The position numbers and the translations under genes are program-made. From Candidatus Heimdallarchaeota archaeon (GTDB lineage: Archaea > Asgardarchaeota > Wukongarchaeia > Wukongarchaeales > JBHIFL01), in assembly GCA_046761065.1 (NCBI GenBank), contig JBHIFL010000056.1, positions 1 through 26,932 on the forward strand: a stretch of 26,932 nt of DNA, read 5' to 3'. Each line of letters opens with the position of its first letter. The stretch's first letter is position 1. The notes beneath the pieces were generated by a model. It saw only the letters and a program-made list of their open reading frames with translations, did not search any database and was not told where the DNA came from. Positions 9,693 to 19,340 of this stretch are shown one piece after another.

Positions 9693-10775
9693 ATGAAAAT
9701 ACCAATTGCAAAACCACGCTTATCAGAAAAAACCCTTGAAAAAGTGAAGTCCGTCTTAGAATCTGGGATGTGGATAGATAGTTCCAACGTAAAGAAACTT
9801 GAAGACGCGTTTGCAAGATATTTAGGGGTAAAATACGCGAGAGCAGTAAGTAATGGAACTGCTGCACTGATGGTAGCTGTTAATTCCCTGAATATAGGAT
9901 TAGGAGATGAAGTCATTGTTCCCAGTTTTTCATTCGCAGCTACTGCAAATTGTGTGTTATTCCAAGGTGCAAAACCAATATTTACAGATATCGATCCAAT
10001 GACCTTCAACATAGATCCTAGAAGTGTTAAAAAGAATCTCTCGAATAAAACAAAAGCTATAATTCCTGTTCATCTCTATGGCTTACCTGCACCAATGGAT
10101 GAGTTATCTGACTTGGCACACGATAGAATTTGGATAATCGAAGATGCATGTCAAGCCCATGGGGCTGAATACAACGGACAGAAGGTCGGGAGTATCGGAA
10201 CCATTGGGGTTTTTTCTCTTTACCCTACAAAAAACATGGTGTGTGGGGGGGAAGGCGGGTTGATTGTAACAAACAACGAGGAGATATTTGAGCGAATCCA
10301 ATTGTTTGTTAATCACGGTCAAGACAGAAAATATCATCATGTTGTGCTTGGCTACAATTTCAGGATGTCGGAAGTTAACGCAGTCATCGCATTGGACAGC
10401 CTTAAAACCCTTGATTCTTTCAATGATAAGAGAATCGCCAATGCCGAATCCTATAGTAGGGAATTGAGCGATGTTACATACCTCGACCTTCCAGTAACCC
10501 CCAATGGCTGTAAACATGTCTTTCATCAATATACAATTAAGTCGAAGATACGAGATCAAATCATAAAAACCTTTGAAGAAACCGGGATTGGGTTTGGAAT
10601 TCACTATCCTCTACCCATCCACTTACAACCCTTCTATAGGGCAACTCATGGCGATATCCACCTAAAGAACGCAGAAACCGTTGCTAAACATGCGATATCA
10701 ATTCCAGTCCGTCCTGATTTAACAGGAGAGGAAAAGAGAAAAATTATCAGTGTTTTGAGAGGACTAGGTGGCTGA
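9693..10775 (+). CDS. DegT/DnrJ/EryC1/StrS PLP sugar aminotransferase (WbpE/WlbC-like)
   Basis: [49 protein letters not shown] (PLP lysine), GEGG and GYNFRM. ATG 9693 follows GAGGT; the ORF track starts at 9669. Confidence 0.95.
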   Translation: MKIPIAKPRLSEKTLEKVKSVLESGMWIDSSNVKKLEDAFARYLGVKYARAVSNGTAALMVAVNSLNIGLGDEVIVPSFSFAATANCVLFQGAKPIFTDIDPMTFNIDPRSVKKNLSNKTKAIIPVHLYGLPAPMDELSDLAHDRIWIIEDACQAHGAEYNGQKVGSIGTIGVFSLYPTKNMVCGGEGGLIVTNNEEIFERIQLFVNHGQDRKYHHVVLGYNFRMSEVNAVIALDSLKTLDSFNDKRIANAESYSRELSDVTYLDLPVTPNGCKHVFHQYTIKSKIRDQIIKTFEETGIGFGIHYPLPIHLQPFYRATHGDIHLKNAETVAKHAISIPVRPDLTGEEKRKIISVLRGLGG

Positions 10776-11364
10776 TGTGTCAAGAGAACTCGAGAAAAAC
10801 AAAGGTATAGTTGTTCACAAACATGTAAAAATAGGTCAAAGTCCCAATATCGGGTCATTTGTAGAGCTAGGGCTAAATGACATGTCCTTAGAAATTGGGG
10901 ATGATGCTGTTATAAGATCGGGATCCGTTATATATGGCAATGTCAAGATTGGTCACCATTTTCGATCAGGTCATCATATTTTAATCCGGGAGAAAACAAT
11001 AATCGGCGATAACGTTCAGATCGGAACCAATAGCATCGTCGATGGAAATTGTGTAATCGGTGATCATGTCAACATTCAAAGTAATGTCTACGTGACTTGG
11101 GGGATGAGGATAGAGGATGGAGTGTTTATGGGACCGTGTTCTGTCACAATCAATGATAAAATTCCTCCAGCAACAAATCGATCCTTGCTTCAGGCCTCTA
11201 TTTTGAGAAAAAAATGCGTCATAGGAGCTGGGGTAATAATCCTTCCTGGGATTGAGATAGGAGAAAATTCGTTGATCGGCGCTGGCTCAGTGGTTACGAA
11301 AAATATTCCTAAAAATGTAATAGCCTATGGCAATCCTTGTCGAGTGCAAAAAAGTAGAGAATAA
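10768..11364 (+). CDS. Left-handed beta-helix N-acetyltransferase (WbpD/WlbB-like)
   Basis: Hexapeptide repeats ([24 protein letters not shown]), IQSNVYV, FMGP, NDK and [12 protein letters not shown]. Overlaps the upstream gene by 8 nt. Confidence 0.93.
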   Translation: MADVSRELEKNKGIVVHKHVKIGQSPNIGSFVELGLNDMSLEIGDDAVIRSGSVIYGNVKIGHHFRSGHHILIREKTIIGDNVQIGTNSIVDGNCVIGDHVNIQSNVYVTWGMRIEDGVFMGPCSVTINDKIPPATNRSLLQASILRKKCVIGAGVIILPGIEIGENSLIGAGSVVTKNIPKNVIAYGNPCRVQKSRE

Positions 11365-11471
11365 GCAAAAATGTGGGGAGGGTAAAATCACGACTTCAAA
11401 AGTAACGAAGTAGATAGAAATATTTGAAATCTAGCTCAGGATTCATATGACTGGATCATTTTGGTGATAGT

Positions 11472-12863
11472 ATGACTTTACTTTTTCTCTCAATTGATGA
11501 ATTGAAAATGCGATTACGCTCTGGTAAGATTACAATTTCAGTGCATGGGTTAGGAAAGCTAGGATTACCTCTCGCAGTCATCTATGCAAATGCAGGCGCT
11601 CGAGTGATCGGAGTAGACCGTTCCCAAGAAATTGTCGATGCTCTTAACCAGGGAAAGATACTTGATAGCACCGAACCTCACATCCATGAGTTGGTTGAAT
11701 CTCTGGTTCACCAACAAAAGCTAAAAGCCACAATGAATGGCGTAGAAGCGGCCCGAAAATCCGATATATCGGTAATAGTGGTACCTACTCTAGTTGATGA
11801 GCGGTTAAGACCCAATCTATCATTTTTGAAATTAGCTGCAATAGATATCGGTCAAGGGCTACGAAAGGGAGATGTTGTGCTTTTGGAGAGTACGGTCCCT
11901 CCTGGGACTACGGAAAATTTTCTCCGCCCTGTTTTAGAAGACGTGAGTGGACTTACAGTTTCTAGGGATTTTGGGTTAGGATACAGTCCGGAACGGGTTT
12001 ATGTTGGACGTATAATCTCAGATGTTGTTGATCGCTATCCAAAATTAGTAGGAGGGATAGACAAAAAAAGTGAAGAGGTAATCGCTGCAATTTACGAGGT
12101 TATTGCCAGAAAGGGAGTTATCCGGCTTGGCAGCACACGAGCAGCAGAGATTACAAAGGTATTTGAAGGGATTTACAGAGATGTGAATATAGCACTTGCC
12201 AATGAAATGGCTTGGATCTGTGAAAAATTGAATGTTGATGTTTATAGAGTTATCCGAGCCGCTAATACACAGCCTTTTTGCAATATCCTACAGCCAGGAA
12301 TTGGTGTCGGGGGGCACTGTATTCCGGTATACCCTCATTTTCTAACGGATGTGATCGAATCTCTTAACCATAAACCTTCACTAATCCAAACTGCACGCAA
12401 AATCAATCTAAGAGCGCCTCTACATACAACTGAATTAGTACTAGCAGAACTAAAAGCTGCAGGAAAACCTTTGAAGAATACAAAAGTTACAGTTCTTGGT
12501 CTATCTTATAGGGCAGGAGTAAAAGAGGATCGATTCTCACCTGTATACCCATTAGTTGAAGCTTTGAAGGAACACGGCCTTGTGGTAGTGGTACACGACC
12601 CTTTATGGTCCCGGAATGAAGCAGATCGATTTCCATTTGACTTTACTGATGATCTAGAAGAAGCTCTTTCAGGAGCAGACTGTATTATAATCGCAACTGA
12701 ACATCGACAATATCAAGAAGAGACGCTTCTTCCGTTATTTGAGAATGTTAATAAGCCTATTATTCTAATAGATGGAAGAAGAATGTTAGATAAAACTCAG
12801 GTGATGAATATCAAAGACATGAGATATGTTGCGATTGGGGATATTTCTGTTCCTAACGGTTGA
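11472..12863 (+). CDS. UDP-N-acetylhexosamine 6-dehydrogenase (WbpA/WecC family)
   Basis: GLGKLG Rossmann motif, VVPT, LESTVPPGTT, YSPER, YRDVNIALANE, PGIGVGGHCIP (catalytic Cys), LGLSYR and DGRR. Confidence 0.95.
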   Translation: MTLLFLSIDELKMRLRSGKITISVHGLGKLGLPLAVIYANAGARVIGVDRSQEIVDALNQGKILDSTEPHIHELVESLVHQQKLKATMNGVEAARKSDISVIVVPTLVDERLRPNLSFLKLAAIDIGQGLRKGDVVLLESTVPPGTTENFLRPVLEDVSGLTVSRDFGLGYSPERVYVGRIISDVVDRYPKLVGGIDKKSEEVIAAIYEVIARKGVIRLGSTRAAEITKVFEGIYRDVNIALANEMAWICEKLNVDVYRVIRAANTQPFCNILQPGIGVGGHCIPVYPHFLTDVIESLNHKPSLIQTARKINLRAPLHTTELVLAELKAAGKPLKNTKVTVLGLSYRAGVKEDRFSPVYPLVEALKEHGLVVVVHDPLWSRNEADRFPFDFTDDLEEALSGADCIIIATEHRQYQEETLLPLFENVNKPIILIDGRRMLDKTQVMNIKDMRYVAIGDISVPNG

Positions 12864-12938
12864 TTATCCAACATATCTGAAGAGCCTTAATATCAGGCAA
12901 ATACATAACTTAATTATCTTTTTTTCTAATTAATTGCG

Positions 12939-13997
12939 CTATTCCCAGTTTATTCTTGTAACTTCACCTGTTTTTGCAGATTCAATCGCACTAAGAATGC
13001 ATCGTAAAGCGTTTGTTCCAACGATTCCATCTACTTCAGGAGCCCTATTATTGTGTAATGATTCTAAGAAATGTTTGTCCTGTAAATACAAGGGTTCAAC
13101 TCTGTCTTTAGTAAAAAGAAAGCGTTCAGTTTGTTCACGACCAAGATATGTAAACATAACATCCATAAAACCAGCTTTGGCGCTTTGTGGTACTTGCCCT
13201 TTTAATTCAACTACAGATTGAAGCACATAATCCATCGTTATTGTTCGAGAATAAGTTTGAATTGTAAGAAATCTTTGTTTTAAGTTGGGATTTGCGCGAT
13301 ATGAAGCTCTTAGGTTCGCCAAAAGGATTCCTTCGTCGTTGAAAGGGATTTCAAAAGTATAAATTGCTTGTAACTCTGAAGCATAAAGAAAATTAGTCGG
13401 TTTAGCTTCAACAGCGGTTACAAATGTAGGTTTGGAGTCAAACAAATACATACATATGTCTATATCATGGATTAAGAGATCAAAACCTACGCCATGATAA
13501 GATTTAGGGCTTGGGGGACCTGGTCCAATCCTTTTTGAAAAAAAATCAATAATTGGTTCATCTTCAATTAGTTCTTGAAGGGTTGTCTTTAAGGCAGTGA
13601 CTGCGGGATTGAATCGCTCGATATGTCCAACTTGAAGGAATTTTTTATGCTTCTTGGCCGTTTCAAGTATGTGTTTTGCATCATGAAGAGTGAGTGCTAT
13701 TGGCTTTTCAATGAATAAATGTGAAAATGGAAGCAGTTTCATTGCGAGTTCGTAATGAGTATCTGTTGGGGAAGCAATAATAGCAGCATCTGGTGTTTTT
13801 TCTTTTAACATTTCATCGATATTGGAAAAAGCATCATGTATATTATATTGTGCTGTAATTCTGTTTAACGTCTCTTGATTATGGTCACATAAAATGAGTT
13901 CATCACATAAACCCATTTCAGAAAGCTCTGAATAAACCCTTACATGGTTGTATCCCCACTTACCACCCCCAATAATAGCTAAGGATAGGTTTTTCAT
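12939..13997 (-). CDS. Gfo/Idh/MocA oxidoreductase (WbpB/WlbA-like UDP-GlcNAcA 3-dehydrogenase)
   Basis: IIGGGKWGYNH, SPTDTH, FIEKPIA, VGHIERFNPA and DLLIHDID. GTGAGG RBS upstream. Confidence 0.92.
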   Translation of the reverse strand: MKNLSLAIIGGGKWGYNHVRVYSELSEMGLCDELILCDHNQETLNRITAQYNIHDAFSNIDEMLKEKTPDAAIIASPTDTHYELAMKLLPFSHLFIEKPIALTLHDAKHILETAKKHKKFLQVGHIERFNPAVTALKTTLQELIEDEPIIDFFSKRIGPGPPSPKSYHGVGFDLLIHDIDICMYLFDSKPTFVTAVEAKPTNFLYASELQAIYTFEIPFNDEGILLANLRASYRANPNLKQRFLTIQTYSRTITMDYVLQSVVELKGQVPQSAKAGFMDVMFTYLGREQTERFLFTKDRVEPLYLQDKHFLESLHNNRAPEVDGIVGTNALRCILSAIESAKTGEVTRINWE

Positions 13998-14099
13998 CTT
14001 TTTTTCCTCACTAAAAATTATTACATTGCTTTATTGCTTTAATACAGAAAATTTGGTTTAATAATAACCGGTACAAATTCTCTTTTTTGATTAAATATA

Positions 14100-15122
14100 T
14101 TAACTGATATTTAAACGGACCACGAATATCTCAGCATAGACTAAAGCAACTACAAGTATCATTACTACAAATTGGATTGCCCAAAAGAGGTAAACTATCT
14201 GCTTTTCTGTTAGATCATACTTCCACATGATTAAATGGGTTAAAGAGCTGATTTGGGTTTTTCCATTTAACTTAGGAGGTTTAAGTTTACCTTCGTCACT
14301 TAAAACACCAAAACTCTCTCCGTTGAATTTTGTTTTGGCTTTAAAAAAAAGTTCGAAAAAATGTAAACCTAATATAGCTGTTCCTGCCATAGGAAGTAAT
14401 GCAACAGCTCCAGCTTTTTCCATATTTCCCATTGTAGACATTATAGCCAAAGATGCGCCTATGATTAGGGTTCCAGTATCTCCGGGAAAAATCTTGGCAG
14501 GATAGATATTGTATTTCAAAAAGGCAAGTAAAGCGCCTAATAAAGTAAGTCCAAAAATAGCACTAATATTAGAATCTGTTATAAAAGCACAAATAACCAA
14601 TCCTCCACATGCTATAGCACCTATACCTGTTTCTAGACCATTTAAGCCTGCTAACATATTTATCGCATTAGCTGCTCCTGTTATCGCAATTGGGATAATA
14701 ATAAACCAATAAATCCTTCCTAATTCCAATATGCCAAAAAAGGGAATATAAACCAAAGATCTTCCAAAACGGATCATAACTAAAGGAGCGCTTCCGAAGG
14801 CGCATAAAATAACTTTTTGAGATTGTTTTAACGGAAAAAGGTCGTCTATCATTCCAATTATCGCAATAAGAGTAAGAGTACATAAGGCAGCAAGCAGGAT
14901 TGTTTTAGAAATAGTATCTACAAAAGTAGCAGTAATAATTATGCTTGAAATCATTCCTATTAGAATAATTACTCCTCCCATTTCCGGAACTCTAGGTTTA
15001 TCAACTTTATGAAAATCAATTCCTACAATACCTATTTTTTCAAGTTTTTTAGTCATATAAGGAGTCAATACTAAAGTGACAATAAATGAAATAACAAAAG
15101 GTATTACAAATTCCAGAATCAT
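14100..15122 (-). CDS. aglH: UDP-GlcNAc:dolichyl-phosphate GlcNAc-1-phosphotransferase (AglH/Alg7/DPAGT1, MraY superfamily)
   Basis: GIDFHK..PRVPEMGG, IGMIDD, NAINMLAGLNGLETG, YNIYPAKIFPGDTG and SLTHL; about 10 TM helices. Confidence 0.93.
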   Translation of the reverse strand: MILEFVIPFVISFIVTLVLTPYMTKKLEKIGIVGIDFHKVDKPRVPEMGGVIILIGMISSIIITATFVDTISKTILLAALCTLTLIAIIGMIDDLFPLKQSQKVILCAFGSAPLVMIRFGRSLVYIPFFGILELGRIYWFIIIPIAITGAANAINMLAGLNGLETGIGAIACGGLVICAFITDSNISAIFGLTLLGALLAFLKYNIYPAKIFPGDTGTLIIGASLAIMSTMGNMEKAGAVALLPMAGTAILGLHFFELFFKAKTKFNGESFGVLSDEGKLKPPKLNGKTQISSLTHLIMWKYDLTEKQIVYLFWAIQFVVMILVVALVYAEIFVVRLNIS

Positions 15123-15238
15123 GTATATCCTTCTACTTCTTTATTGTTGAATAGATATTAGCTTTGCTTTCGAATTATATGATGTTAAAATGATGATTTA
15201 ACCAAATATATTTTTGTTTGGAAATTGAATCATTTAAT

Positions 15239-15715
15239 ATGCGAAAAAAAGTGCTTTTAGTGATGAGTCATGGTGGACATACTAAACAAATGTTACTTTT
15301 AGACGAACAACTAAAACCAAAAATTGACTCATGCTATCTTGTACTCAAAAGAGAGCGATTTGGACTAGATAAAATGCATGGAGAGATTTATCGAATTTTT
15401 GGAGCTAGGAAAAAAGATTCTGGCTTGATTTACGATATTTTTGGAACTTTAGTTATGATTTTTCAATCATTCTGGATTTTACTAAAGGCGAGGCCTGATG
15501 CAATTATATCTTGTGGAACAAGTTCATCTGTACCAATTTCCTATCTAGGAAAACTTATGGGAAGGAAAGTAATTTTCATTGAAAGTTGGTCTCGTGTTTT
15601 TGACCGATCTTTATCAGGGCGACTAATCTATCCAATTGCTGATCTATTATTCGTTCAATGGAAAAAATTGAAAGCTTTATATCCCAAAGCTATTTATGCA
15701 GGCCGATTTAGATGA
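15239..15715 (+). CDS. alg14: Alg14-like acceptor-binding subunit of a split GT-B glycosyltransferase
   Basis: SHGGHTKQM, RPDAIISCG..SVP, FIESWSRV..SLSGRL and FVQW..LKALYPKAIYAGR. ATG 15239 is preferred over TTG 15218. Confidence 0.92.
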   Translation: MRKKVLLVMSHGGHTKQMLLLDEQLKPKIDSCYLVLKRERFGLDKMHGEIYRIFGARKKDSGLIYDIFGTLVMIFQSFWILLKARPDAIISCGTSSSVPISYLGKLMGRKVIFIESWSRVFDRSLSGRLIYPIADLLFVQWKKLKALYPKAIYAGRFR

Positions 15716-16167
15716 TTTTTATAACAGTGGGTACTACAGAATTTGATGCCTTGCTTAGAAAGATCGATAACTTAGTTGAGAATAAAAAAATTCGAAATGA
15801 GGTTATAGCGCAAATTGGAAACGGTAGTTACGTTCCAAAAAATATCAAATTTTTTCGATTCGCAAAATCATTAATCCCTTTTTTAAAAAAAGCGAAGTTA
15901 ATCATATCTCATGCGGGAGCTGCTACGATTTTTGAATGTTTAGAGCTTAAAAAGAAACTCATTGTAATTGAAAATCCAGATGTAAGAAGAGATGCCAAAC
16001 AATTTTTGAAAGAATTATCCAGTAAAAATTACTTAATCTGGTGTAAACATATCGACCAATTGTTAGAGTGTATTGAAAGTGCAAATACCATACAATTAAA
16101 CTATTACAGTTCTCCAAAATGTACGATCTCAGAAAAAATCATCAATTTTCTGAACCAAAATATGTGA
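15712..16167 (+). CDS. alg13: Alg13-like nucleotide-sugar-binding subunit (GT28 C-terminal-like)
   Basis: MIFITVGTTEFD, QIGNGSYVP, LIISHAGAATIFE and LIVIEN. ATGA 4-nt overlap with alg14. Confidence 0.92.
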   Translation: MIFITVGTTEFDALLRKIDNLVENKKIRNEVIAQIGNGSYVPKNIKFFRFAKSLIPFLKKAKLIISHAGAATIFECLELKKKLIVIENPDVRRDAKQFLKELSSKNYLIWCKHIDQLLECIESANTIQLNYYSSPKCTISEKIINFLNQNM

Positions 16168-16442
16168 TTTACGAAAATAGACAAAATAAAGGAATTTTGA
16201 TCAACAATAAAAGTGAAATGAGGCTTTAATTATCTTTTTAAGGCATACGAAGAACGAAATCCCGATTTCACATTCTATCCATTAATTGTTTATTATTAAC
16301 CCAAATTTCATTCTTACTCTTATTAATTTAACCTTTCACACTCTTGATACAAGTAATTCATGAGAATGTAAATTAACACATACGGAATTTCCTTAATTTG
16401 ATGATAAGACTCTGTATTTATAATATAAGAGGAGTAGATATA

Positions 16443-18380
16443 GTGGTTTTTGAATTAAGATACAAAGATGGGCTTGGAAGGATTGGTATCTTAGAGACAC
16501 GTAGCGGAATAATTGAAACACCCTGCCTCCTTCCCGTTATTGATCCAATTCACCAAAATATCGCTCCAAATGAGTTAAAAAAAGCTGGAACCAGTGTTGT
16601 GATCACTAATGCATATCTCATTCATTCAAATGAAGATGTAAGGAGGAAAGCCCTAGACTTAGGTGTTCATAAGGTCATTGGATGGCTAGGTCCGGTGATG
16701 ACCGATTCTGGTGCTTTTCAATTGATGCAGTATGGAGCCATTAACATCACAAATGAAGCAATTATTGAATTTCAGTGTGCCATCGGCTCAGATATTGGAA
16801 TTATACTCGATATCCCTGTAGCAAAGGGTTCACGAAAAGACTTTGTGAAAGCAGTACAAGAAACATTAAAACGTGCACAAGAGTTCGAAAACCTTGATAA
16901 GAGCAAAAAAATTTTGTGGACAGGACCTATTCAAGGAGGTCCCTATATCGATTTAGTGACAGAATGTGCTCGCATCTTAGGTAAGCTCCCTTTTGATTTA
17001 CATGCACTAGGAAGTGTAGTTCCACTTCTTGAAGAATATAAGTTCTCAACCGTTGTAGAAATGATCTTTGCATCAAAGCAACATATGCCTGTGAATCGCC
17101 CATTACATTTATTTGGGGCGGGTCATCCAATGTTTTTCGGGTTTGCTGTTCTTTTAGGGTGCGATTTGTTTGACAGCGCTGCCTATGCATTGTTCGCCAA
17201 AGAAGGCCGATACCTAACCCCTCACGGGACATATCTTCTAGATAACCTTGAGTATTTCCCTTGTTCATGCCCTATTTGCTCAAAACATGAGCCAAATGAT
17301 ATCCGAGAGATGAGCCGTGATGAAAAAGAAAAGGATCTCGCGATTCATAACCTTTATGTGAGCTTTCAAGAACTTAACCTTATTAAACAGGTAATTCGTG
17401 AAGGATCCTTGTGGCGACTTGTCTCAGAACGAATTGCAGCGCACCCACACTTAGTAGATGCTTGGAAAGCGGTTTTTGAACGGAAACACATCCAATTCAT
17501 TGAAAGATTTGAACCCTTGTCAAAAAAACGAGCCCTATTCATCACAAGACAAGAACTGTTACAGCATCCCTTAATTATAAGACACCGTCAGCGAATACTT
17601 GACTCGTTTTATGTGTGGAGCGATACACTCCTGTTAACGCGAACAACACATGGCATAACTCCTTCACCAAGCTGGCAAATTTGCATCGTATCTGATGTTT
17701 TTGGATTGATACCACTTGAAATCCAACAGAAGTATCCTTTGCTTCAGTATAAGTCTTATAAAGTCTTTATAAATCAAGAAGAATTCTTACATACATTTTT
17801 AGAAAAGATTGTCCCATATTTTAAGGAAGTTTTGATTCATCAGAGCGTAGAGGCTGCGAGTAGCCTTGCAGAAGCCTACGGATGCGAATTAGTAGAAACA
17901 ATGGATTCACCTTCAATAACAAGTGAAAGATATGACGAAGTTATAGCACGCTCTTTCTTAGCCTATCAATTTGGCTTGGAGGCGGGAAATGCAATAGCTA
18001 ATCCGAAAATCCATCGGTCGAAGCGTACGGGAAGAATTGGGTGGATCTACGATGATTCAATTCCCATGGCCTCAATTAGGGCTCGTGATTTCGTTATTAT
18101 TCCACGTATCGAGTTGGCAAAAGTTCTTAATAAATTATTACCCTATCCGAATATGCGAGTTATTGTCGATAAAACGGCTGAACCCTTCGTCCGTGAAGGG
18201 AAGAGCGTCTTTGCAAAATTTGTACGGGGTGCTTGGGAGGGGATTAAATGTGGTGATGAAGTCCTAGTAGTTAGTGAGACAGGGGATTTGGTGGCTACCG
18301 GAACAGCAATACTGGCGCCCTTGGAAATGTTACACTTCAAAAAAGGAATTGCTGTTAAAACTCGGGAAGGGCTTAGATAA
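16443..18380 (+). CDS. tgtA: Archaeosine tRNA-guanine(15) transglycosylase with C-terminal PUA domain
   Basis: FE..KDGLGRIG, ETPCLLPVIDP, ITNAY, MTDSGAFQL, HLFGAGHP, DLFDSAAY, Zn site CSCPIC...HN and PUA GKSVFAKFV. GTG 16443 follows AGAGGAG; the ORF track starts at 16398. Confidence 0.96.
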   Translation: MVFELRYKDGLGRIGILETRSGIIETPCLLPVIDPIHQNIAPNELKKAGTSVVITNAYLIHSNEDVRRKALDLGVHKVIGWLGPVMTDSGAFQLMQYGAINITNEAIIEFQCAIGSDIGIILDIPVAKGSRKDFVKAVQETLKRAQEFENLDKSKKILWTGPIQGGPYIDLVTECARILGKLPFDLHALGSVVPLLEEYKFSTVVEMIFASKQHMPVNRPLHLFGAGHPMFFGFAVLLGCDLFDSAAYALFAKEGRYLTPHGTYLLDNLEYFPCSCPICSKHEPNDIREMSRDEKEKDLAIHNLYVSFQELNLIKQVIREGSLWRLVSERIAAHPHLVDAWKAVFERKHIQFIERFEPLSKKRALFITRQELLQHPLIIRHRQRILDSFYVWSDTLLLTRTTHGITPSPSWQICIVSDVFGLIPLEIQQKYPLLQYKSYKVFINQEEFLHTFLEKIVPYFKEVLIHQSVEAASSLAEAYGCELVETMDSPSITSERYDEVIARSFLAYQFGLEAGNAIANPKIHRSKRTGRIGWIYDDSIPMASIRARDFVIIPRIELAKVLNKLLPYPNMRVIVDKTAEPFVREGKSVFAKFVRGAWEGIKCGDEVLVVSETGDLVATGTAILAPLEMLHFKKGIAVKTREGLR

Positions 18381-18526
18381 ATATGTTTGTTTCTTGCTGA
18401 TGATAAATGAATATTAAAATAAGTTATAAATCAGGAGTACCGCGTTCAGTTTCCATAAATATACCGCCATAATTCATTCAGAACCACTTGGAAGCGGTTG
18501 CGGAATTTCTGTAGATACAAAGATTT

Positions 18527-19237
18527 ATGAGTGTGATTTGGCTGAAAAAGAAAACAGTGATTTTATCAATCCATGATGTCTCTCCACAATTTGCCGCTGA
18601 CATTCAGGGGATCATTCAGACACTAAAACAGTTAGATATTGATGAATATGTTTTTTTGGTAGTTCCAAATTATTTGGGTGAAAAGAAGAACGATATTAGA
18701 TATCATCGCAAATTCTTCCAAAAAATCTTACGGGGAGGAGAACCAGTATTACATGGGTATACGCATGAAACAACTGCCTACACAAACGAATATTTTCTTT
18801 TAGAACGAAAGGCAATTCATCAGCGGATTGTTCAAGGAAAACGAATTTTACAGCAGGTGTGTGGAAAGAAAATCTGGGGATTTGTGTCACCGAAATGGAT
18901 TTTGTCTAAAGACCTTATCTCTGTTCTTAAAGAAGAACATTTCCAATATACAACTACCTTTCTTCGAATCATTCATTTTAATCAGAACAAAATTTTTTGC
19001 CCTGCAATAAATTTTTTTTACACTTACAGTTCCTTAAATAAGGTTTTAGTGAACCTTGCTGTACTATACGCAAAACGTCAATTGAAGCGTAGGAAGTTCA
19101 TACGAATAGCGATTCATCCAGAAGGATTTTCATCCAGAAGGATCTTTGTCGGAAACATCCTAAAACTAGCTCGCCGTGCTGGTTACAACTTCGTGACATA
19201 TAGCACATTACTTGAACTAGCTGATACCAAAGATTAG
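18527..19237 (+). CDS. DUF2334 / NodB-like (CE4 superfamily) deacetylase
   Basis: LSIHDVSP, FLVVPNY, LHGYTH, GFVSPKW and IRIAIHP. Confidence 0.85.
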   Translation: MSVIWLKKKTVILSIHDVSPQFAADIQGIIQTLKQLDIDEYVFLVVPNYLGEKKNDIRYHRKFFQKILRGGEPVLHGYTHETTAYTNEYFLLERKAIHQRIVQGKRILQQVCGKKIWGFVSPKWILSKDLISVLKEEHFQYTTTFLRIIHFNQNKIFCPAINFFYTYSSLNKVLVNLAVLYAKRQLKRRKFIRIAIHPEGFSSRRIFVGNILKLARRAGYNFVTYSTLLELADTKD

Positions 19238-19340
19238 TTATATGGTCATAAAACTTATTAAGCAGTTATTGGCTCAATTACTCTATAAATATTATGTTTT
19301 ACTTTCTTAAGCACTCCTTCCTCCCAAGTCCATGTAGAAA

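Noticed and set aside
18381-18526. TGATGA and several CTGA motifs plus ACCGC/GCGGT complementarity (possible C/D sRNA or structured leader)
   Set aside because: The C-like and D-like boxes are not in the right order and spacing on one strand, and the stems are only about 5 bp.
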